Below, piece after piece: positions 54,200-64,000 of a stretch of DNA of 64,000 nucleotides. Origin of the DNA: Selaginella moellendorffii (lineage: Eukaryota; Plantae; Lycopodiophyta); contig NW_003314346.1 of assembly GCF_000143415.4 (NCBI RefSeq), forward strand, positions 62,001 to 126,000, in the 5' to 3' direction. Below the pieces are notes generated by a model. The model was not told the DNA's origin, did no database searches, and worked only from the letters and a program-made list of their open reading frames with translations. How positions within the stretch are numbered: position 1 is the stretch's first letter; every line of letters starts with the position of its first letter. The position numbers and the translations under genes were made by a program.

Positions 54200-54236
54200 A
54201 ACCCTAAACCCTAAAACCCTAAACCCTAAACCCTAG
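54200..54236 (+). repeat. Interstitial plant telomeric repeat (CCCTAAA) x5, imperfect
   Basis: Directly visible. Confidence 0.9.
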
Positions 54237-56794
54237 ATGCTAGACGACTACACCCAGCTGATGAGTCCCAAAAAGGATGAAACCTCTTGTCCTCACCCTC
54301 GCATGAAAATTCATTCCCTTGCCTCCTCTACTTGCACTCGATCACGCTGTCTCGACAACAGCACATGGAGAATGTGGATTGCACAAAGTGGTGCCGCAAT
54401 CTTGCTGGATTGCCCTGTAGGCAGTGGTATAGTCTTTTGGAACAGTGATCAGTTCACGGAACAGGTGCATCGAGAGTCGGCACAGCGAATCCAGCATGAA
54501 GTCTCGCAGCTAACTCACCAACTGGATGATGGGGAAGACGTGGGGAACATCTCTCTATGGGATGCACGTCGTGCAGCTCTCACAATTCTAATGGAGAACC
54601 TCAGGACTCGGAAGGACTAGGCAGCTGGCACACTCCCTGCTCACGGGAATGCATCAAGCTCATGCCCAGCTGGTGGGAACCCCTCGTCCCACCCAGAAAC
54701 TCCTGAAGACGTGGCCGGGCTCATCCCTGATCCAGTACATGCAAGTGTACAGGAGGAAACATGCCAGGTGGACCTTGCGCACTTGCAACAAGTGAGGAAA
54801 TCAGATCTGGACTCTCCCACAACACCGCATGAGGAGCAGAAGGAGTTGCTCCCCTCTCCACTCCTGAGACTCGACAAGGCAGGGATGTTGGTCTGGGACC
54901 CTCGCCACATTGAGGAAAGGATCCAAAGTTCTCCGCTTCCAGTATGCAAAGAACTCCAGTCAACTCTGATGTGCACGATCAGAGAGCTGGACCTGAATCC
55001 TTTGGGAGAGGACCTTGTGTTGGGCCCTGCACTACGTGAAGCTCAAGAACTAATCACGAAGGCAGTGGCCACACAGCAAGTGGACCTCTTCGATGCATGG
55101 GAGCAAGAGCAAGGTGGCAAGGTGGATACCACGCCAACACCAACAGTTGAAGCGGGACTTGGAGAGCCAGAAACAGAGCCAGAGACGGAGCGCTCACTGG
55201 ATGAATAGTCAGATGGCACACTTCAGTTCCAGAACTGTGATGCCTTCAACAAGAGGAAGACCAAACGTGAGAAGAAGAAAGTGAAGCGAGCAACGCGGCA
55301 GAAACTTAAAACTCTGAGACTGGCCAAGGAGGACCCGGCCTGGAGAAACACAGTTGAAGCCTTTCTTGAGGAGGAGCACGCCCCTCCAGATAAGAGAACA
55401 GAGTCTCAGGCGTACCAGCACCAGGAGGTTGACACACCTGAGCGAGTGGCAAAAGCCCAGTCAAGAGTGGGGAAGACTTGGGGCTGCAGAAAGGTGGTAG
55501 AAGTGCTGCATTCCTCGGACGGGAACAGTGACGTTAATAAAAAGAACGCCTCACATAACGTAAACGGGGGAACACCTGGTCAGGCCGAAGTGCACAAGGT
55601 GGCAGCAGTAGGTGAAGGTGGAAGTGTCTTGGTGTAGCGCACGTGGTTTTGACCCTTTATCCTATGGTGATTTACCATAGGATAACACCACGAAGCGGAA
55701 CCTAAACCCTCTTTGTGCCACGTGACAGATGCCACGTGTCACATGCCACGTGTCCATGCCACGTGTCACATGCCACGTGTCCATGCCACGTGTCCACAGG
55801 AACCCGAGGTTCAGGGCCTTGGGCCACTGAACGAAGGAACGGTGCCAAACTCCCAAGCGTGATGCCAAGGAGTGATGGAACCGGACCACGGAGCAACTCC
55901 TGAGCATATAGCCCAAGGAGCGAAGGGACAGGGGCCCGGAGCAACTTGGAACAGTCCTAGAGCAACCAGCATCCCAATGCCAGGACCAGCACGCAAAACG
56001 GAGCCAAACAGAGTCTGGTGCTATTTCGGCATACCGGTGGCCTAACGCGAGGATATGGGTACTCCACCAACTAGCATGGAATGGAACTTGGGCTTAGACC
56101 CAAGCCGGACGCAGAACAAGGACAGGCACGCAAGCGGGAGCTAGACTATGCCTCAGGTTGGTCGGCCATGCCCGACCTACCCACTATCCCTACTATACAT
56201 TTGGAACCCCCCATAGCCCCCCCCCCTTGAGGAACACACGCTTTGGGCTTTCACCCCAAGCCTCCCTTAGTACCAGGAGTTAGTCTCTGGGACAAGCTCG
56301 AAACATACTAAATATGGAATGTCCTTAGAATGCGAATTTGGACACGGGACGAACACCATTGTGTTCAGGCCGATCTCTACATTCTGTAGATATGCCAAAT
56401 GAGCAAATCTGGACACTTTCCATAAATAGCATTTGGGACTAAAATGAGACTAACACAAAGGGCATGATAGCGAGGGTGTTTGGCAGACACGGTAAGCTAT
56501 CATCTAGCGATATTGAGGAACCAAGCTCAATATCGCGGGGGTTCCCAACACTAGCAAGTGCAAGCCAACATCATGAGTTTCTCATCACCGTGTCAAGTCT
56601 GCTTGACTAAATGACAACTTAGGATTTCCTTCCTTAGTGCCCTTCCGGTCTAAGTGCACATGTGATGACCAGTTTCTCAACTAGCTTAGGGCGGAGACTA
56701 ATACCGACCTCCTGCCGTCGTGGCAGTAAGGTAAGAGTGTCCGTAAGGACTAGCCGATAGGTAACTTTCGATACCCGAAGTCACATGCGCGACA

Positions 56795-56807
56795 CTCTCC
56801 CCCCCTT
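56795..56807 (-). promoter_or_regulatory. Polypurine tract
   Basis: AAGGGGGGGAGAG immediately before the 3' LTR. Confidence 0.9.
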
Positions 56808-59800
56808 GGGAAGATCGACGTCCTCGTCGATGCATACTCGAGTCTAGAATACCGCCAAGGAAACAACTCCATAAAAAGTTCACGGTACTCACACTATGTG
56901 AGAAATGCACCAACTTAAATGAGTTAGGGGGTAACCTCTTTGTCTAACGCGGATGCGCTACCAGCTCAGACACCTTCCGGCCGTCGCCGACAAGGAAATG
57001 ACCAACGGAGTCAGCCACCCCTGCTGCTCTGGGAGTCACCCAGCTTACAAAAGTGTGATATGCCCTGCCCGCAGGAACATAGAGAGAGAAGCCAGAGGCC
57101 CCTACCCTCCTAAGCAAAGAAACCAAACCCGTCGGTAAGGTTTAGATAGACTACTGTAAACAGGCAGTTAGAGTTGTTTACACGGTCACGCCCTTTCAAT
57201 GGAATAAGGAACATCGACAAAGAGGCGGGTTATGTGACCAGTCGACAGTAGCTACCCCATGACTAGAGATTTCACCATGCACACGAAGTGCCGAAGCCAG
57301 TCTGCCTATACTGGCCCAAACTCAAAGATCAATATATAGGGACTATATCAAAGTCATAAACAATGATATCTAAGAAGCGTAATTACTAGTGATTATATCT
57401 TAGAGAAGAACACAAAAGTATTCTAAACAAGTTATCATCCGATAAACTAGTAGTATTGTAGATAGGAACCACCAAGATCATCATAATTTGGCAAACACAG
57501 GAATGACCATCCAACAAAATTCAATAGCTAGTATATCATCAAGGAAACTCAATAATGAAACTTAACTATCGAAGATAGTAGACAGTAAGCCAACAACTTA
57601 CTAGAGAGAACTCAAAGAACACAAAGTATCATTGACTAACAAGCACAATGCTCGCGAATGTATCACCCAAAGGAAATAACATCCAAATCTATCAAAACTA
57701 ACTCTAGCAACAATCAACAGAAGAAAATGAATGTGGTAAGACCAACAAACACTCATTCCTGCCAACTATCACAAAAGCCAATCTGAATAGATCCCAGTCA
57801 ACAATACCAAGGAACTCAAGTTGCCTAAGCAAGTGTTAGCAACATCCTACTGACGTATCAAACCCAAGAGACCAATCCAGAGCAAACCACAAACAACTGG
57901 TGGTATTGCAAAAAGCCAAAAGCTATCAAAGAGAACAACTAACCATCATGAAAGATCATTAATCATCCCATCAATAAGAGATATGCAGAATCATTGTCTT
58001 AGAAGGAATCCACCATCCCGAAGAATAGCAAATCAATCTAGATCAACGATAATCAAGCAAAACCTTCGACAAGGATAATCAACTTTCCTAGATGATAGTC
58101 AATCATCACCAATGATTGCTAAATGCAAATACTAACTTCAACATCGAAGCTAATGAGCCAAAATGCCTTCCCCAACAACTTCTAACAAATGGAACAATGA
58201 GCACAAAACTCAAGAACCAAAAGCTCGAAGAAGCCTATAACTAAGTCTTGCCTAATAATGATCACGAGTCTCATAGAAGCTAACTTCAATGCTAAAGAAG
58301 AAATCATGGTGCAACCCACAATATCTTCCTCAACACATCCATAAGCCAAACTTCATAATGCCAAAGCTAATGAAGAGCATTTCTGCATCAATCCAAAAGC
58401 TAAGCATAACGAAGCTATGCTTAACAAGTGATCATCAAACGATCCTCCATGAATCCATCTATAGCAAGACGTAACTCACTTCATAACAAGCTCAAAAAGA
58501 ATCATTAATGATTGCTATATTCCGAACTCAAATCCAGCAAGGACTCAACATTCTAATATCGATCACTAACTCTTCTTCTCGTAGAGTTAGCATAGTCCAC
58601 GACTAAATCACTTTTCAAGGAAAAGCTAAAACTCAACCCTCTACTAAATAATCTCGTCTAGAACACAACTAACTCAACTTGCCACTCAGTTCGTTTGAAC
58701 GTCAACACAGTTGCTAACTAGCAAATGCACGAATGCCAACAACACAAAGCTATAGCCAAATCATCAACACTATATTCATCAAGACTAATGAAACTCAATA
58801 TCAATCCTTGGAAGGATATCTCATTTCACTCAGATCTCAATATCAACAATATCAATGACAAGGCATCACTTCAATGCCATCAACATCAGGACAAAGCTAG
58901 AAGAAAGCAAGAGTGAATCACCACTCGGAGCTTTCCAGCAACCAAGCTAACCAAAGTCGAAGATACTATGCTTAGTATCCGAGACCAATCCTTCAGCAAT
59001 ACTCAGTTACAGATAACATTTCATCAAAGAGTGAATCACCACATCCAAGACTCAATGAAATCCAACACCACGGACTAAACGTAACCAAATGATATCGACA
59101 GAGATAGAATCGATATACTAACATAGAAAACCTATGCAAGTCTAACGACACGATCCTCCGCAACACCATCCGGTAAAGCAAGCCCATCACTGCTAAATCA
59201 TCATCGAGCAAAGCAAGTGTCAACTGTCCTTGATGAAGTCTACAAGTAATCACTAGTCGCAAAGCAACTAACAATCACTCTTCAACTTGCGTTCACAAGA
59301 CCCAAACACCAACTCATATCATCGAGTCACATACTTGTCCAACATGAACATAATACCCCAGGTACGAGATAAAAGTTCATAGACAAGCACAAACTAAATG
59401 ACCACTCGAATCCAACTCAACCGCAATAAGCTCACTAATGCATTTAGTCAATAGCTCTAAGCATGCCTTGAAGAGGCTAGCTATGTGATCAACACTCAGT
59501 CGAAACTAAAGTGAAGACCATGAGATGGACTCATATCGGTACACAACCTCCTCATAGACAAAGCTATAGTACGGGTACCAACATCTCAACCTCAAACAAC
59601 TAAGTTGGACATCACCATCCTCAGCCAAGGTGCAGGGCCACCAAGACCAAGTCAAGATCAGTGAGAGCTCACTACTCTCATAGAGTCTAACGAAATGCAA
59701 GGTGCAAACTATCACCAAGCACAACACTATAAAAGAAAGGCACAAGGGTCACCTTTCTTAGAAAAGCGCAACAGCCACTTTTCTACACCAACTCCAGACT

Positions 59801-61785
59801 CTATCCAACTCAATTGCTTTAGCCCCAAAAGTTAGCATTCCTTTCGGGCCGCATCATACAAACTACCTACTAAGATCTAAGCCAACCGAAGTCAACTCCA
59901 ACCCCTTCACTAGTTTGTACTGGCTTTCGAAAATGGAATGGTTTTCGGACAAAATGATCAATAGATTAGCCATTGGAAAAGTCTAAGAAAATTTATGGAA
60001 AATTTCCCATCCTAGATAAAGAATGACTCTCAGTCCAGGATTGCAAACTTTCAAGACTTCACCAACTTCCTCCTACCAACAACTTCACATAGGCTCACCT
60101 TAACACAAATTCTCATGATCGAACAACATGCTTAAGCATCGAACATCTTTGCCCATATAACCGACATCCAACACTGACATCCGCAAAGTGCAAAATGAAC
60201 ATCCAAGGCTTGATCACGAAGACCACATCTTCGGATATCCACATTGCACTAACACTCTTCTTCAACCACCTTCAAGATTCAATGTGAAGCCAAAACACTA
60301 ACAAGATAAATGACATGAAAAATCAAGGTCCAGGAAAATTCCTCATCACTTGAAATAACAATGCCACTTCCACTAACACAAGTGCTAGTGATGTCAATGC
60401 CCCAACTACACACCTTCTCCATCCAATAATCTACTCCAAGTGCTAACGGATCAATATATAAGCTATAGCAAATGAATGCTACAACCCATTCCCAACACCT
60501 TATGGGCAAACCCTCAAGGAAACAAGGTACCAACATAAGCTTAGCATAATGGACCACCATTGAGAATCCAGTCAAGGCTACTACAATGCTACTTCGTGCA
60601 AGTAGACTAGCTTCTCCATCAACCACTTTGGGGTTGATCATCATTTACCCAAGCAACTTCGTAAACACATTGCTCATTATCACATGGATATGATATAAAT
60701 CACAATGACTTGATCATCAATTGAGTAACGCAATGAGCAAAGCTTATGTCATTACTTCAAATGTTCATGTGAATATCAAATGCCAACTCGATTCGACAAA
60801 ATGCAACATAAATGCCACACTCCACCAATAGAGGTTTATGACACCCAACACCACTAACTTTTGTTCACAACACGGACAAGCTCATGCCACTCTCTTTCCG
60901 ACCAAACTCAACACTAATCCAACACCAAGCTACTCAAGGAGCAATAGCAAGGTTCCCCGGAAAAGAATTGAGCATTGCAACCCAAGTCTTCCAATAGTGA
61001 GTCTAGACAAAAATGGTTTAGTGTTTCACCACTACCCATCCCATAACTCACCACTTGTAAGACCATCACTTCCAACATGCATCAAGATAGGGACTCTTGA
61101 TTGCATGATGTGAACACAAGCAATGAGTTAACACCTCGTTGCAAATCATCTCTCCAAGAAGAGAAAATGATTTACGTATTTGATCCTTTGTCCCCGATGA
61201 CTCTCTTTTCGGTCTCATCTTTGACCAAACCTCAAGCTTGCTTTCACACTGCCTTCAGTTCAATCCAAGAAAAGTTTATGAGAGAGCACGGCAATGATTA
61301 CTTGAACCAATAGACTATTCCCTACAGTCTTGATTGATCCACTTATAATCATGCCTAGGAAGGATCTACTAGTGCCATGCTAAACAGCTACGGACCAGCC
61401 TATTTGCCACTCATAGCAAACCCAGGGAGGTTTGCTTTCACTCATGGTACATGGAACAACTCATGGAACCACTAGAACAACTTATGGAACCAACGATAGG
61501 CTAACATTAATCCTGCCAACTCAAAGTGTAACCTCGAGTTGCTAATGTGCCTCACTCACGAGCTCAAGCTTAAACTCGTGCTACTGGAACAACTCAATCC
61601 TTCCTATGAGCCCAAGAGCAAGCTCATATAATACGGTACAAAACGGTAACCAAAACCATACCCAAGGAACGATTGCGAAGTCATTGCACCCAAACGTGTA
61701 CCCACTCGGATCATCGTTTTCATCTCTGCGTATGCAACAAGACTAGTTGCCCAATCTCATTGAATAGTACTCGCTGAGACTCATC

Positions 61786-61796
61786 CTCTGATACCA
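61786..61796 (-). promoter_or_regulatory. Primer binding site, tRNA-iMet type
   Basis: TGGTATCAGAG located 2 nt after the 5' LTR. Confidence 0.92.
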
Positions 61797-64000
61797 AATG
61801 TAGCGCACGTGGTTTTGACCCTTTATCCTATGGTGATTTACCATAGGATAACACCACGAAGCGGAACCTAAACCCTCTTTGTGCCACGTGACAGATGCCA
61901 CGTGTCACATGCCACGTGTCCATGCCACGTGTCCACAGGAACCCGAGGTTCAGGGCCTTGGGCCACTGAACGAAGGAACGGTGCCAAACTCCCAAGCGTG
62001 ATGCCAAGGAGTGATGGAACCGGACCACGGAGCAACTCCTGAGCATATAGCCCAAGGAGCGAAGGGACAGGGGCCCGGAGCAACTTGGAACAGTCCTAGA
62101 GCAACCAGCATCCCAATGCCAGGACCAGCACGCAAAACGGAGCCAAACAGAGTCTGGTGCTATTTCGGCATACCGGTGGCCTAACGCGAGGATATGGGTA
62201 CTCCACCAACTAGCATGGAATGGAACTTGGGCTTAGACCCAAGCCGGACGCAGAACAAGGGCAGGCACGCAAGCGGGAGCTAGACTATGCCTCAGGTTGG
62301 TCGGCCATGCCCGACCTACCCACTATCCCTACTATACATTTGGAACCCCCCATAGCCCCCCCCCCTTGAGGAACACACGCTTTGGGCTTTCACCCCAAGC
62401 CTCCCTTAGTACCAGGAGTTAGTCTCTGGGACAAGCTCGAAACATACTAAATATGGAATGTCCTTAGAATGCGAATTTGGACACGGGACGAACACCATTG
62501 TGTTCAGGCCGATCTCTACATTCTGTAGATATGCCAAATGAGCAAATCTGGACACTTTCCATAAATAGCATTTGGGACTAAAATGAGACTAACACAAAGG
62601 GCATGATAGCGAGGGTGTTTGGCAGACACGGTAAGCTATCATCTAGCAATATTGAGGAACCAAGCTCAATATCGCGGGGGTTCCCAACACTAGCAAGTGC
62701 AAGCCAACATCATGAGTTTCTCATCACCGTGTCAAGTCTGCTTGACTAAATGACAACTTAGGATTTCCTTCCTTAGTGCCCTTCCGGTCTAAGTGCACAT
62801 GTGATGACCAGTTTCTCAACTAGCTTAGGCAGAGACTAATAACGGGTCCAGCAATACCGACCTCCTGCCGTCGTGGCAGTAAGGTAAGAGTGTCCGTAAG
62901 GACTAGCCGATAGGTAACTTTCGATACCCGAAGTCACATGCGCGACACTTGGTCCACGACGACACAAGAGGAAAGGCTGTCCCTGTTAAGCTGGTCGAGA
63001 CTCTGCAAAGAGCAGTAGCAAAGGAGGAAGAGGAACTCCGCAAGAAGGCACTGATTGCTGTTTTCAGGGGGAAGTTCCCAACAGGTCGCATGGCTAACGA
63101 TTGGATAAATGCAACGCTGGGACAGGGAATCCTCATGAAGAAGATGCTGCCGGATGGGAAGGGCTGCTACATAGTTATCTTTGAGATAGAGGAGGCACGG
63201 TCTCAGGTGGAGGCCATGCATGGCCTCATTGACGACAATTGGGCAGTGTCATTCCACCCATGGATCTCGAGGTTCACGGCAGAGGACCAGGCACATCTCA
63301 AGGGCGGGAGCTTTCCAGTGAACATCGCATTGTGGGATGTTCCCATGGAAATGCGAATCACAATGGTGATCCAGGAGCTGGTCAAAGGAAGTATCGGCCA
63401 GATAGCGGCTGGCCTTGACACTGTAGAAGCAGAGGGTGTTCTAGGTCCCATCCGCCTCAAAGTTTTTGTGTCAGCCCCGGCTGGAATCCCGATAGAGATT
63501 GCAGTGCTGGGCTAGTATATCAGGATCCAAACGGAGAACTCAGAACCTAGATGCAACTTTTGTCAGCATACTGGACACCGAGAGGAGGCCTACTCAGTCA
63601 AGCGGAACAGGTTGGCATCCCAGAAGCCGTTTGAGTTACCTGTAGAGCATGAGCGGATCTTGAAGGCACGCCCTCCAGACCAAGCTCCCCACATTTGCTT
63701 CCCAGTTGCCACACCACTCTTGGGTTCATCCTCGCAGCCCAAACTGTTCGAGGGACCTATTACGGATGCCGAAGGGGATGGCTTCGAGCTGGTCCTCCCT
63801 CAAACAGTAGGAATGGCGGTCAGGTGGATTCCGCCTAAGCGGGAATTAAGTCCCACAGAGGTGGGAGATTGGCTGATGTGCCGTGGGAACACAGCTTTCC
63901 TAGAGGTCATCACCATTGGAGACTACCAAACACACATGGAGAGTGCTATCACTGAGTGGACGGGCTTTGCAAAATACACTGTCTGAGGCTTCTCCTGGAC

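Larger units (their letters stand above)
55633..62947 (-). mobile_element. Intact 7315-bp non-autonomous LTR retrotransposon (family A, LARD-like)
   Basis: LTRs 55633-56794 and 61799-62947; TSD CTTGG at 55628-55632 and 62948-62952; no long ORF in the 5-kb interior. Confidence 0.95.
54237..63986 (+). pseudogene. Decayed L1-type LINE ORF1 (DUF4283-like region plus zinc knuckle) split by an LTR element
   Basis: ORFs 54237, 54711, 55281, 62949 and 63612 share one frame once 55633-62952 is removed and are separated only by TAG codons. Contains GCYIVIFE...SFHPW...PVNIALWDVP and CNFCQHTGHREEAY (CX2CX4HX4C with the last C changed to Y). Confidence 0.75.

Overview
Eukaryotic, land-plant DNA. The 45-57 bp introns and divergent rDNA suggest a lycophyte such as Selaginella; this is inference. 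In order, the window holds: (1) a spliced FCP1/NIF-type HAD-domain gene whose introns are all phase 1 (to 2883). (2) A decaying orphan 45S rDNA unit (18S-ITS1-5.8S-ITS2-partial 26S, 3728-8598). Its ITS1 contains the 3' end of a 5S-derived Cassandra-type LTR, and its 26S abuts an antisense L1-type LINE. (3) A ~35 kb nest of one non-coding 7.3 kb LTR family (LARD-like) in tandem, inverted and deleted forms. It also contains a TRIM, a second non-coding LTR element fused to a Cassandra LTR inside a single TSD, and a fossil LTR-LTR (2-LTR circle type) junction. (4) A Ty3/Gypsy chromovirus pol that shares its LTR, PPT and 3' UTR with the LARD and abuts a second 26S fragment. (5) Gene relics: a coiled-coil ORF and CDKAL1/MtaB. 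(6) A decayed LINE ORF1 interrupted by an intact LARD copy with a CTTGG TSD. There are two assembly gaps (20393-21121, 46389-46488). All alignments were done by eye.
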